Assembly: GCA_965203555.1 (NCBI GenBank)
Contig: CBDBCY010000004.1
Location: forward strand, 1,536,001-1,600,000
DNA from: Acidimicrobiia bacterium
GTDB taxonomy: Bacteria; Actinomycetota; Acidimicrobiia; Spongiisociales; ZC4RG35
Reading direction: 5' to 3'
Length of the DNA: 64,000 nucleotides
The position numbers were made by a program, and so were the translations under genes. The notes under the pieces were generated by a model, which was given only the letters and a program-made list of their open reading frames with translations, had not been told where the DNA came from and ran no database searches. Below are positions 27,833 to 38,071 of the stretch, piece by piece. Within the stretch, counting starts at the first letter, position 1, and each line of letters starts with the position of its first letter.

Positions 27833-30316
27833 ATGAGAGAATATGCCATGAGCAGGACACTCGATTGGCTACGCCGGATGATCACCTGTTACCCGTGGGT
27901 CACTATCGGGGTCCTCCTCTTGGTCACGGTTGCCCTGGGCGCAGGGTCGACCTACCGCGCAGAGCCTCCGGAGACCTCCGAAACTCTTCCCCGGGGAAGC
28001 GCCGTCGCCAAAGCCCTGGATGAGATTGAACAACTCTTCGGGGACTCCGGCGAGGCCCACGTTGCGACGCTCATCTTCCGCGGAGAGGCGCTCACGCCCG
28101 AGGGACTCTCGCAGATGGACAGCCTGATTGGCGACATCCTCACCGATGCGAGCGTCGCAGCATTGCTAGCGCCCACTGAATCTGTCTTCGCTCCTTCATT
28201 GCTGGTCAAGTTCGCACTCGGGATAGACGCCTTCGAGTCGGTCACACAAGCAGAGATCGATTCCGTCCGCAACGTCCCGGGGACCGGGGAGGCGCTCGAC
28301 GCCATGACTGGAACCGACACGGACGGGACGCTGATCGCCATTGCCACCGTCAATCTGGTGGACACTAACGACGAGCGAATCAATGCCGCCTCGCGGAAGA
28401 TCCACGATTTTGCAGAAGAAGCCGCCGGCCCCCTGCAGGTGAGCAGTATTTCGCCGGTGGTGATTGAGGATGAGTACAAAAAAGCTACCGAGGAGGGGAT
28501 GGCGCCACTGGTAGGAGTGGCGTTCCTGTTGATTACGGCCCTGATTCTGGTCTTCATGCGCACGGTCTCAGATATGCTGCTCACGCTGGGAGGACTGTTC
28601 CTGTCGATTATCTGGATCACCGGGACGGAAGGATGGCTCGGGCCGAACGCGCTGGGTCTTATCGGCCCTCCGAATTCCCTCACCACCATGGTGCCGATCA
28701 TCCTGATAGGCCTCACGGTGGACTATGCGATCCAGATCATCTCGCACTACCGCGAGCAGCGTCTTGCCGGCCTGCAAGTGATGGGTGCTGTCCAAACGGG
28801 ACTGCGACACGTCACGATGCCGCTTACACTTGCCGCCGTCACCACGATTGTGAGCCTGCTGGTTAGCCTGTTCTCCCCAATCGGAATAGTCAACGACTTC
28901 GGCGTAATCGCGGGGATGGGTGTGGGGATGAGCCTGCTGGTGATGCTGACCCTGATTCCGGCTGGACGGACGATCATCGACCGCAGGCGGGCGGCGCGGG
29001 GCAAGTTGAACGATCCCCACCCAATCTCCAACGCCCTGCCTGGCGTAAGCCGGATGGCGGGATTGCTGGGAAAAAGCGTTACCCGAAGACCCACGCCCTA
29101 CATCGTCGGTGTGCTCATAGTGACAGTCGGACTCGGATTCGCGGCCACCGATCTCGAGTCGGAATTCAGCATCCGGGACATCCTCCCGAGAGGTGGAGGG
29201 ATACTGCAGGATATGAACACACTCGATGCGGCTGTCGGAGGTTCAACGGAGATGTACAGCGTTCTGGTGAAAGCCGAAGCCACGGAAACTCGCACGCTTC
29301 TCAACCTACGCGACCTCACAGCCGCCTTTGAGAGTCCAACACTCCGCCCAGGAGCGGCTTCAGGACCGATCCAGACATCGTATGACTTGGTTGTATACGA
29401 CTGGACCAACGACAGTGGGGAACCGGGGGACAAATACGACCCCGAGCTGGCAGCGCTACTCCGGGAAGCCTCTGCCGGGGTGGGAATTGATGCACAAATG
29501 ATGCAGGAGTTGCTTGACAGGATCGAAGCGATGGATCCCGTCTTGGGGAGCATGCTGGTCAACGATCCCTATGGTGTCGATGCCATGCTGATCCAATTCC
29601 CTGCTTTTGCAGGCGCTAACGAGCAGGCGAGGAAAACCCAGCAAGAGCTTGAGGAACTCTGGTTAGGTGACGACGACGCCCTGACGGCGACTTCCTCCAG
29701 CATCATTTCCTTTACCGTTACCGACGCCATTACAGAGCAACAGAGCGAGGCCATCAGCACCACCATCGCGGCAGCTTTAACTGTGCTCGCGCTCTTCTTT
29801 TGGGTGACGGTTCGCCAGCCGGCGCTGGGATTCATTGCTGTGTTCCCGATATTGCTCGTACTCATATCGGTGCTGGGCACTATGGCGCTGCTGGATATCC
29901 CTTATACAATCATCACGTCTATCATCACGGCGCTCTCGATCGGAATCGGGGTTGATTACACCATTCATGTGATCCACCGCTATCGCGAGGAGTACTCACT
30001 AGCGCGCAACCCGGAGCAGGCCGCAATCCGGACGCTCTCTGTCACAGGTTCGGCACTGCTGGGTTCTGCCTTGACGACAGCGCTCGGGCTCGGAGTGCTG
30101 GTGTTCTCGCCATTGGCCGCATCCCAGCAGTTCGCCATTACTGCCGCCATTACGATCGCATACTCGCTGATAGTCTCCCTCGTGTTGGTGCCTCCCGCCA
30201 TGACGGTCTGGGGCGCCTACCAGAATGTGCGACTGCGTTCGAGGATGCAACGCTGGGAGAGCGAGCTTGACGAGCTTGACGAGACGCTCGATGCCGTGTA
30301 TGAGCGTTACGAATAG
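27833..30316 (+). CDS. MmpL/RND-family membrane transporter
   Basis: IGLTVDYAIQIISHYRE and IGIGVDYTIHVIHRYREE duplicated motifs, many TM helices. Confidence 0.9.
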   Translation: MREYAMSRTLDWLRRMITCYPWVTIGVLLLVTVALGAGSTYRAEPPETSETLPRGSAVAKALDEIEQLFGDSGEAHVATLIFRGEALTPEGLSQMDSLIGDILTDASVAALLAPTESVFAPSLLVKFALGIDAFESVTQAEIDSVRNVPGTGEALDAMTGTDTDGTLIAIATVNLVDTNDERINAASRKIHDFAEEAAGPLQVSSISPVVIEDEYKKATEEGMAPLVGVAFLLITALILVFMRTVSDMLLTLGGLFLSIIWITGTEGWLGPNALGLIGPPNSLTTMVPIILIGLTVDYAIQIISHYREQRLAGLQVMGAVQTGLRHVTMPLTLAAVTTIVSLLVSLFSPIGIVNDFGVIAGMGVGMSLLVMLTLIPAGRTIIDRRRAARGKLNDPHPISNALPGVSRMAGLLGKSVTRRPTPYIVGVLIVTVGLGFAATDLESEFSIRDILPRGGGILQDMNTLDAAVGGSTEMYSVLVKAEATETRTLLNLRDLTAAFESPTLRPGAASGPIQTSYDLVVYDWTNDSGEPGDKYDPELAALLREASAGVGIDAQMMQELLDRIEAMDPVLGSMLVNDPYGVDAMLIQFPAFAGANEQARKTQQELEELWLGDDDALTATSSSIISFTVTDAITEQQSEAISTTIAAALTVLALFFWVTVRQPALGFIAVFPILLVLISVLGTMALLDIPYTIITSIITALSIGIGVDYTIHVIHRYREEYSLARNPEQAAIRTLSVTGSALLGSALTTALGLGVLVFSPLAASQQFAITAAITIAYSLIVSLVLVPPAMTVWGAYQNVRLRSRMQRWESELDELDETLDAVYERYE

Positions 30317-30495
30317 GAACACCTTCGCTTTTGTATACCCAGCGAGGAGGCTGGCGCAGTACGCTTGCGGACCTGGTCATACGAGGCTTTAGAGCACACC
30401 GCCCCATTGACCACCTCTGTGACAGGTTGGCCCATGTCTTTAGGGTGATAGTTGCCCTCCACCTCAATAGTATGGAGAAAATCGAGCAAGGCGCG

Positions 30496-32523
30496 TCAGG
30501 CGGGTAACTCGTGCCTTTGCTCTGCGATGTGAAAGTTTAGTTTCTTGCTCGGTTTCATGGACGGCAACGGGCTGAACTTGAGCTTGTAATTGGAGGGGGC
30601 CACCTCCAGTGTGAAATAGCGCGCCACCATGAGCACATTGACGGTCAGTTGCAGTTCCATCCACCGGGATCCCAGGCATTTGTGGGTACCCAGCCCGTAC
30701 GGCGCGTACCCGGGGCTATGGTGCTCAAGACGCGGAGGCAGATATCGATCGATGTCGAATTTGAAGGGATCCGGAAAGACGTCCTCCATATAGTGGGCGG
30801 CTGTCTGTGCTATGAGAATCCGTGATCCCACCGGCAATTCATATCCCCCGACCAGACAGGTGTTCATGACGTTTCGCATGGACATCGGAACGATCGGATA
30901 TATGCGTAGGGATTCCATCATGAGGCGGTGAGTGACGTCAATATTGGACGGTTTGAAATCCCGGCCATCCGGATCGCCCCTGTCGAATAACGCGTCAGCC
31001 TCTCGCTGGACTCCGGTCTGTAAATCCGGCTGTGACGCCATGGCGTATAACGCGAAGCTGACAGCATCGCCAAGGTACACGCTGGCGATCAGCGCCGCTG
31101 AAAAGGCGAATCGCAGATTCGACTCCGGAACGAACTGCGGGTCGCTGGCATGCAGGCTCAGAAAGTCATCGGCAAGATCCCGCGCGCGCCCGGCCCGTTG
31201 AGCAGGTGTGTGCCCGCCTTGGACCCGTTCCAGCAACGTCTCGACGGCTTTCGCCCGGCGTCTCATCCCCGGAGTTTTCAGCATGAACTTGGGCAAGATC
31301 TTCACGATATGAGTGTTGAGCGCTCTCTCCTTGTACGTCATCAGGTCGTCGATGATGTCCTGAGAATCGACACTGACTGAAAGCGGCGAGATCTGGGCGT
31401 TAACCAGTCGCCTGCACATGCCGGTCGCAGGGTAGGAGTCTCCGACCTTCCAAGTCGCCATATGGTTGCGCGTATAACCATAGAGTTGGTCCAACTGACC
31501 CGCCAGCCTCCTGCGAGAATACGCCGGCGCCATGGACTTGCGGAGCCGGAAGTGATCGGCGCCGTCCAGGGAAGGCAGTACTCCGTTTGCGCCATAGACC
31601 TTCTCGAAGTCACTGAAGTAATCCTTGGCTCTCAGGTACATGCGCCCGCGCCGATGCACCCACTGATTCATCTCGGGCCCGGCCAGGAAGATCATGGGAT
31701 CGGCGAACGGGGGGCGGAGTTCGAACACCGGACCGTACTCTTTCGCCAAATCCGCGAAGAGTGCGGGGACGTTGCCGTTGCGAATATGCGGACTGAGCAG
31801 CAGCTTGCGCAGGGGAACAACCGGAATCTTCTTGGTCAGGGCGGAACGTCGAAGCATCGGTCCGGCCAGGTTGTGGGAGACCGCGGCGGCGATCGACCGT
31901 CCGAGCAGATCCATGTTGCAGATGAACTCGATGCGCTTTTCCGCCTCGTCGTCGAGTGGAAACATGAAGCGAAAGACGTCGCAGGTGTTGACCAGACAGA
32001 TGATGATGACATCTCTGGGGTCGGGAATCTCGTTGTTGAAAATCGCCTGGCTGATGCGGGTCCTGACGAACTGTACCCCACCTCCTCCTGCGGCGCCGTT
32101 GAACAGTTCCGCGCGTCCCTTGGCGCGAGCCAGCGTCCAGTAATCGCCGTCGTGGTGTTCCAGGATCCTCAGGTCGACCAAGCGATCCAGAGTCGAATCG
32201 ATGATCGACTCCGCATGGGGAGCGAGCCGTTCGATCCAGTACTGAGCGTTCCGTTCGACCGACTCACCCGCGATTTCCTCCAGGATGGGGTCCAGGGCGG
32301 GATTCCCCGTTTCTGTCGGGTCGAGAAGGAAAAGGGAGTCCATGTCCGTGTCGATGCGGGACCGCAGCGACAGTTCCGCCAGAACGGCGCCGACGACGGC
32401 GCAGTTCAAATCCCAGCCGGGCACCTGGTGAAAGTAGCCGTTCTCCTCGTTGAGGAGCATCAGCACGAGTTCTTCCGGCAAACTCAGCGGATTGGCCGTC
32501 ACCTCTGTTGCCGAAGTAACCAT
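30496..32523 (-). CDS. GPP34/GOLPH3-like domain fused to cytochrome P450
   Basis: N-terminus LSLPEELVLMLL..E.G, AVVGAVLAELSL..RI, TGNP.LD; C-terminus ESLRIYP, FPDPFKFDIDRY, YGLGTHKCLG. Confidence 0.82.
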   Translation of the reverse strand: MVTSATEVTANPLSLPEELVLMLLNEENGYFHQVPGWDLNCAVVGAVLAELSLRSRIDTDMDSLFLLDPTETGNPALDPILEEIAGESVERNAQYWIERLAPHAESIIDSTLDRLVDLRILEHHDGDYWTLARAKGRAELFNGAAGGGGVQFVRTRISQAIFNNEIPDPRDVIIICLVNTCDVFRFMFPLDDEAEKRIEFICNMDLLGRSIAAAVSHNLAGPMLRRSALTKKIPVVPLRKLLLSPHIRNGNVPALFADLAKEYGPVFELRPPFADPMIFLAGPEMNQWVHRRGRMYLRAKDYFSDFEKVYGANGVLPSLDGADHFRLRKSMAPAYSRRRLAGQLDQLYGYTRNHMATWKVGDSYPATGMCRRLVNAQISPLSVSVDSQDIIDDLMTYKERALNTHIVKILPKFMLKTPGMRRRAKAVETLLERVQGGHTPAQRAGRARDLADDFLSLHASDPQFVPESNLRFAFSAALIASVYLGDAVSFALYAMASQPDLQTGVQREADALFDRGDPDGRDFKPSNIDVTHRLMMESLRIYPIVPMSMRNVMNTCLVGGYELPVGSRILIAQTAAHYMEDVFPDPFKFDIDRYLPPRLEHHSPGYAPYGLGTHKCLGSRWMELQLTVNVLMVARYFTLEVAPSNYKLKFSPLPSMKPSKKLNFHIAEQRHELPA

Positions 32524-32680
32524 GACTTACCTCTCTCAAACGGCCTCGAAACCCCGACCAACGGAGGTTGCTGCTGTGAAGGGAAGTATAGGGCGGGACC
32601 CCGACCGGGGTACGGAAACAGCTTCAGAAACGCCACTATCAAACCGGCCATCGCCATCATCGCCCCACCCAACCAAACAG

Positions 32681-32869
32681 TCAGCCGGCAACTCCATCTC
32701 CTTTCAAGGCCAGTTCCATATCCTTGAAAGCCGCGTACAGAGTCGTATCCGGATACGTCTTGGTCACCAGATCCTCGTGGCGGGCATCTATCACCCCGAT
32801 CGTCGCCGCGGCCTGCGAATCGGTGAAACCCGCCTCCATCAGCCTTCGAGCCTCCTGGTAGGCGTCCAA
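32681..32869 (-). CDS. Small DUF1640-like protein, possibly a fragment
   Basis: ARRLMEAGFTDSQAAA...DLVTK pattern; GGAGGG RBS. Confidence 0.45.
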   Translation of the reverse strand: MDAYQEARRLMEAGFTDSQAAATIGVIDARHEDLVTKTYPDTTLYAAFKDMELALKGDGVAG

Positions 32870-33028
32870 CCTTCCCTCCGTTCTCCCGTCCTCTTACCGC
32901 TCATGTCATATCACCCCCTGCGGTGGGAGGCCTCGTTCGGCGGCGGGATTGCCGCTCTCCCGCCGAACGCGCCCGATTCTGACACCGACATCCCCTCTCA
33001 CCGCGGCGAGTTGTCGCCGGTGATTCTC

Positions 33029-34417
33029 TCAGGCCTTCGCTTTCTTGAAACGCCAGCCGTGCATGAGGCTCCCGTAATGGTTGAACGACCGCCTCACCTC
33101 GAGATCGTCGAAGGGATAATCCGCGCCGATCTGGGTGGCGGCGGCCAGTCCGCTCACGAAACAGGTCTCCTGGCTGTTGACCAGCGTATGGGCCCCGCAG
33201 TGCCAGGTTCGTCTCCTGCCCTGGATGAAGCGGAACAGATAGACGAGCCACGCAACTTGACGCACATCATGCACGATGTGTTGGAACCACCACCTTCCGA
33301 TGATCTTCTGCCCATCGATCCGGCTGATCGGGTTGTAGGTCACCAGACAGGGCTTGTCGGACCGATTGGCCCATGGCTGCTGGTTGTGCATGATGTAGGT
33401 GATTTCATAGTTGTCCGGCCTGGCGCCGTACTGTTCGATATGGTTGCTCCGCGTCTTCAGGGGACTCGCTTCGTTGTCCGGAAGTACCGAGGAGTCCGAA
33501 TGCACGATCGTATGGTTATGGAGTTCGCTCTCGTACCGGATCGACGAGAGGATGTATCGCTCCAGCATCGTGGGCTGGTCGAGAATCATCAGCGTCTGGT
33601 TCGCATTGCATGCGAAAATCACGTCGTCGAACGTCTCCTTCACGCCGTCTTCGTCCTCGACCACAACGCCCGACGACCGCCGATACACTTTCCGGACCGC
33701 CCGGTTGAGGTATATCTTGTCCTCGAAATCGGCTGACAGGTTTTCATAAATGCGTCTCGTCCCCTGGTCCCACGTCTGCATGGGGGTGGCGGTCTCGATA
33801 TCGAAGAACTCGAGATACCTGGAAAAGAGCGCCGCGGGCATATCGAACACGTTCGTCGCCATCAGGAAGTTGACGAACATGGGCTTCAGTATTTTGTACC
33901 GGAAGTCCCCGGAGAATCCGCCCAGATTCAGAACCGTCCCCATGCTGATGTAGTTGAACGGGTTGAGGGCGTTCAGAAACTTCGACCGGGAACGGGTCAG
34001 GGCGCCAAACCTATGCAGACGTTTCAGGACTCGTTGAAACTTTGCAATCTCGGATTGAAGCTGCTCTCTGATCTCGGAGTCGAAATCGTGGGCGTAGACC
34101 TGGCCGCGGTACTTCACGCTGTAGCTGAACCTGGTGTCGATCAACTCAATGCCGAACCGTTTCATCAGCGAGACGATGTGCTGATACACCGATGGAATAC
34201 AGGCGGTGACCGAAATGTCAAAGGGAATCGAGCCGCCGTCATCCTGCGGCATGTCAACCGTGACCGCATTTCCGCCGATTCGATCCCCGGCCTCGAACAG
34301 CCGGAAGTCAAATCGACCCGGGTGGTGATGCAGTCCCCATGCGGCGCCCAGCCCTGAAATCCCCCCGCCGACAATGACTACACGCCGAGGCTTCATCCCG
34401 GGTTCGCCGGTTGCCAT
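33029..34417 (-). CDS. FAD/NAD(P)-dependent oxidoreductase (amine-oxidase-like, COG2907-type)
   Basis: IVGGGISGLGAA, FEAGDRIGGNA, FDDVIFAC, IQG..RTWHCGA. Confidence 0.82.
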   Translation of the reverse strand: MATGEPGMKPRRVVIVGGGISGLGAAWGLHHHPGRFDFRLFEAGDRIGGNAVTVDMPQDDGGSIPFDISVTACIPSVYQHIVSLMKRFGIELIDTRFSYSVKYRGQVYAHDFDSEIREQLQSEIAKFQRVLKRLHRFGALTRSRSKFLNALNPFNYISMGTVLNLGGFSGDFRYKILKPMFVNFLMATNVFDMPAALFSRYLEFFDIETATPMQTWDQGTRRIYENLSADFEDKIYLNRAVRKVYRRSSGVVVEDEDGVKETFDDVIFACNANQTLMILDQPTMLERYILSSIRYESELHNHTIVHSDSSVLPDNEASPLKTRSNHIEQYGARPDNYEITYIMHNQQPWANRSDKPCLVTYNPISRIDGQKIIGRWWFQHIVHDVRQVAWLVYLFRFIQGRRRTWHCGAHTLVNSQETCFVSGLAAATQIGADYPFDDLEVRRSFNHYGSLMHGWRFKKAKA

Positions 34418-34562
34418 GAGTCCCTCATCCTACCGGTGTCGCTCCATCAGGGTCCGCACATGCCGGTTCAAGCCGGAAGGCGCCACAAACCGGAGGTGTT
34501 GTCGTTTCGGGTGACGACGGGTCCCGATTCTCCGCCCCTGGTGGCCTGTCCCCGTTTGGACG

Positions 34563-34778
34563 CTATTTCGGTCTGAGATGCTCCAATATCTCTTGGAATC
34601 CTCGATCGAGTTTTTGGTCCGTGGCTCTCTGATTAACATCCACTTTGACGTCGAGCAGGTGAACGTCGTGCTTCAGTTCGGCCACGTCCCCCTTCAGTTC
34701 GGCCATGTCCTCCCCGATGCGTCTCTCCAGGCTGTTGAGCGCCCCAGCGGTCATCGAGGCGAAATCCCTGGCGTCCAT
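34563..34778 (-). CDS. Small coiled-coil hypothetical protein
   Basis: Heptads MAELKGD-VAELKHD. Confidence 0.5.
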   Translation of the reverse strand: MDARDFASMTAGALNSLERRIGEDMAELKGDVAELKHDVHLLDVKVDVNQRATDQKLDRGFQEILEHLRPK

Positions 34779-34926
34779 GTTCCCGACCATAGCGCAAATC
34801 GGAAGCTTCCGGGACAAGCAGCCGATGGCGATCCTCGCACACCGACGGCTTGCCCACCAGGTGGGGAGACAAGTCGGCGACGGTGAGACGGCGCACCCCA
34901 GGGAGAGGACTTGCGCCCGGTCGTGG

Positions 34927-34995
34927 TTATTGGTTGCGGGCTCGGTTGAGGAAGGTGGCCATCTGGGCGCGGGTGGTGGGCTGGTCGGGACAGAC
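34927..34995 (-). pseudogene. Remnant of an S-layer homology (SLH) domain C-terminus
   Basis: CPDQPTTRAQMATFLNRA-stop matches the SLH TRAQ/E motif; upstream sequence is not SLH-like. Confidence 0.5.
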
Positions 34996-35318
34996 CCTCA
35001 AGATAATGCCGGCTGTTCCCACCGGGACTGCCTCACTCCGGCAGGCCCCCGGCCATGATTGGCCTGCAGAGAAGACTCCAGATCCCAACTCGGCAGTTCG
35101 GTCATCCCCTCCAAACGCTCCGGTCGTCGCACTCGGTGTTCCCTCAATGGCCACATCGAGGGAGACATGCGGTTTGTGGGAGTGGGAATGATCCAAAATG
35201 GCATTCCCCGAACCGGGTTTCCGCAACATGGGTAAGAGCAACCTTGTATTCCCCAACCGGGGATCGGCCTACAATTGTGCCTACAGAGGTGTTTCGGTAT
35301 GAAGGGGAGAGAAGTCCG

Positions 35319-35684
35319 ATGAGCACGACGGCCGACACATCGGCGAGTGACTCCCCAAGGGGAAGGTACCATGGGTGCCTTTCCTCTCCGTCGATCCGTA
35401 GGAACGACGTGTTGGTGACTCACCGCGCCGCGATCGTCAAAGCGGCGAAGCGCAGGAACTTTCGCGGTGTCGCCTTGGTGGGTTCCGTTGCCCGGGGGGA
35501 GAACGCGTCCGACAGTGATGTGGACTTTCTGGTCGAGTGCGACCCGGAAAGGTCGACCCTCTTCGATTTGAGCGGATTGGTGTCCGACCTCCGGCAGCTG
35601 TTGGGCGTGGATGTGGATGTCGTGCCGAAGGGCTATGTGCGGCCCTCGTGTCGGGGTATGTTCGAGAATGCCATACCCTTATGA
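35319..35684 (+). CDS. MNT-family nucleotidyltransferase (antitoxin)
   Basis: VGSVARGE..SDSDVDFLVE...TLFDL..L..LLGVDVDVV. Confidence 0.85.
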   Translation: MSTTADTSASDSPRGRYHGCLSSPSIRRNDVLVTHRAAIVKAAKRRNFRGVALVGSVARGENASDSDVDFLVECDPERSTLFDLSGLVSDLRQLLGVDVDVVPKGYVRPSCRGMFENAIPL

Positions 35685-36003
35685 CCAGGGGAGACCGGGA
35701 TAGGGTCGAGGACATTCTTCGGGGCATCGACCGGCTACGCTAGATTAGAAATCTGGGTCGCTCGGCGTTCAATGGGAACCGGATGGTCAGAAGCGCCGCG
35801 TGCTACGGGCTGCTGGTGATAGGTGAATGGCTCAACGCCTTGTCCGACGAGTTCGTGACGGCATATTCCGATTTGCGGTTAGCGATGCCGTAGACCTCCG
35901 CAACGTGCCGGCGCATGAATACTTTCGAGCGGATGACGATATCCTGTGGAACACCATCTCCATCGACATACCGGGCCTCGCGGAGATGCTGGCCGGAGCC
36001 TAG
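35681..36003 (+). pseudogene. HEPN/DUF86 toxin, disrupted
   Basis: MTRGDRDRVEDIL, in-frame TAG at 35741, L.VIGE, frameshift near 35880, then LRNVPAHEYF...ILWNTI (RX4H motif). Confidence 0.8.
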
Positions 36004-36044
36004 GTGTACTTCCAAAAGACGTGGCTGACAGATGCGCTTCGTTA

Positions 36045-37043
36045 TCAATCGAGAAGACCGTCCACCAGGTGACAGGAAACCAGTCGACGGCCGCCTTTGT
36101 CCTCCAACGGTGGGTGAGGAGTCGTCCGGCAGATGTCGGCCGCCTGGGGGCAGCGATCGACGAACCTGCATTCGGGCGCCGGGTTGACAGCTTTGCCGAT
36201 GCCTCCCTTGATTTCGACCTGTGGCGGAGGCAGTGCCGGGTCGGGAACCGGTACTGCAGAGAGAAGCGCCTGGGTATAGGGGTGCAGCGGGTTGGCGAGC
36301 AGTTGTTCGGTCTCTCCTATCTCCACCACCTTCCCCAGGTACATGACCGCGATCCGGTCGCACATGTAGCGGGCCACCGCCAAGTCATGGGTGATATACA
36401 GGTATGAGACACCCATTTGCCGAGCCAACCTGGACATCAACTCCATGATGGAGATGCGGATGCTGACATCCAGCATGGAAGTGGGTTCGTCGGCGACCAC
36501 CAGACGGGGCTGCAGGATGAGGGCGCGGGCGATGGCGACCCGCTGGCGCTGCCCGCCGGACAGTTCGTGGGGGTAGCGAAACATGAATGACTCCGGAGGG
36601 CTCAGTCCGACCTTGCCCAGCATCTCCCTGATCTGTTCTTCACGGGTGCTCAGATCGCCGATCCCGTGAATGAGAAGCGGCTCGGCGATCGTCTCGTACA
36701 CGGTCCGCCTCGGGTTGATCGACTCGTAGGGGTCCTGGAAGATCATCTGCACCTGGCGGCGAAATTCCGTCCTCTGATCGGCCCTCAGATTGACGACATC
36801 CATCCGGGTCCCGTCGGCCTGGCTGAGAACGATGCTTCCCTCATCGGGATTCTCCAGGCCGACCAACATGCGGCCGGTGGTGGTCTTTCCGCACCCGGAT
36901 TCCCCCACCAGCCCGAGACTCTCCCCTGCCGCGATCTCGAAATCGAGATCGTCCACCGCGTGCACGAATCCCGTGTTGCGACGAAACAATCCCGGCGAGA
37001 CGGGGAACAATCTGCGGAGCCCTTCCACCCTCACCAGGCTCAT
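36045..37043 (-). CDS. Oligopeptide ABC ATP-binding subunit (OppF/DppF-type)
   Basis: [35 protein letters not shown]. Confidence 0.92.
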   Translation of the reverse strand: MSLVRVEGLRRLFPVSPGLFRRNTGFVHAVDDLDFEIAAGESLGLVGESGCGKTTTGRMLVGLENPDEGSIVLSQADGTRMDVVNLRADQRTEFRRQVQMIFQDPYESINPRRTVYETIAEPLLIHGIGDLSTREEQIREMLGKVGLSPPESFMFRYPHELSGGQRQRVAIARALILQPRLVVADEPTSMLDVSIRISIMELMSRLARQMGVSYLYITHDLAVARYMCDRIAVMYLGKVVEIGETEQLLANPLHPYTQALLSAVPVPDPALPPPQVEIKGGIGKAVNPAPECRFVDRCPQAADICRTTPHPPLEDKGGRRLVSCHLVDGLLD

Positions 37044-38071
37044 GGGAGTTGCTCTCCCATCTCGGGAACCTGCTCGGAGTTCCAGCACGCCGCCCATTGA
37101 GAAGGTCCGATCGGCATCATCGGCGGCGTCTCCTGGCGACACTGTTGCGTCGCCCACGGACACCGGGGATGGAATCGGCAGCCTGCCGGAGGCGCCAGCA
37201 GGTTGGGCGGCGTCCCTTCCAGCGACATGGGCCTGCGGCGGGGACCGGTCACCGACGGAATGGAGGACAGGAGCAGATACGAGTACGGATGGCGGGGCCG
37301 GTGGAAGACTTCCCGGGTGGACCCGAATTCCACCAACTTCCCGGCATACATGACTCCGATGGTGTCCGTCACCTGGGCGATCACCGCCATGTCGTGGCTG
37401 ATGTAGAGAATCGAGAGCCCCAGGTCCTGCTGGATCTCTTTCAACTCCTCGAGGATCTGGGCCTGAACGATCACGTCCAAGGCGGTGGTGGGCTCATCGG
37501 CGATGATCAATTTGGGCTCGCACGACAGGGCCATGGCGATCACCGCCCGCTGGCGCATCCCCCCCGAGAGCTCGTGGGGATAACGGTTCTGCACCGCCGA
37601 ATCAAGCCCCACCAGCCGGAACAATTGGTCAATCCGCCGGTCTGTCTCCGAGGAACCGAGCGGAGGATCGAAGTGCTGATCCATCGCCTCGCGAATCTGC
37701 GCTCCCACCCGGTACACGGGATTCCAGGCGTTCATCGCCCCCTGGAAGACCATCGAGATCTCCGCCCACCGGTACTCCCGCATCTGCTTGTCAGAAAGCT
37801 TCAACAGATCCACACCCTCCCAACGAACCGACCCCGATTTGAACCGGGCGTTGTCGGGCGCCAGGCGCAGCAGGGAGAGCGCCACGGAAGTCTTCCCGCA
37901 ACCCGACTCCCCCACCAGTCCCATCGCCTCTCCGCGGCCCAACGAAAAACTCACATTCTCCACGGCCGAAACCTCGCCGGCTTCGGTGTCATAACGCATC
38001 ACCAGGCCGTCGACCTCCAGCAGGCTGGGGCGGACACCGGAGTCTTCCAAGGGGACCTTCTGGGTGGTCAT
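37040..38071 (-). CDS. Oligopeptide ABC ATP-binding subunit (OppD/DppD-type)
   Basis: [31 protein letters not shown]. Confidence 0.92.
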   Translation of the reverse strand: MTTQKVPLEDSGVRPSLLEVDGLVMRYDTEAGEVSAVENVSFSLGRGEAMGLVGESGCGKTSVALSLLRLAPDNARFKSGSVRWEGVDLLKLSDKQMREYRWAEISMVFQGAMNAWNPVYRVGAQIREAMDQHFDPPLGSSETDRRIDQLFRLVGLDSAVQNRYPHELSGGMRQRAVIAMALSCEPKLIIADEPTTALDVIVQAQILEELKEIQQDLGLSILYISHDMAVIAQVTDTIGVMYAGKLVEFGSTREVFHRPRHPYSYLLLSSIPSVTGPRRRPMSLEGTPPNLLAPPAGCRFHPRCPWATQQCRQETPPMMPIGPSQWAACWNSEQVPEMGEQLP

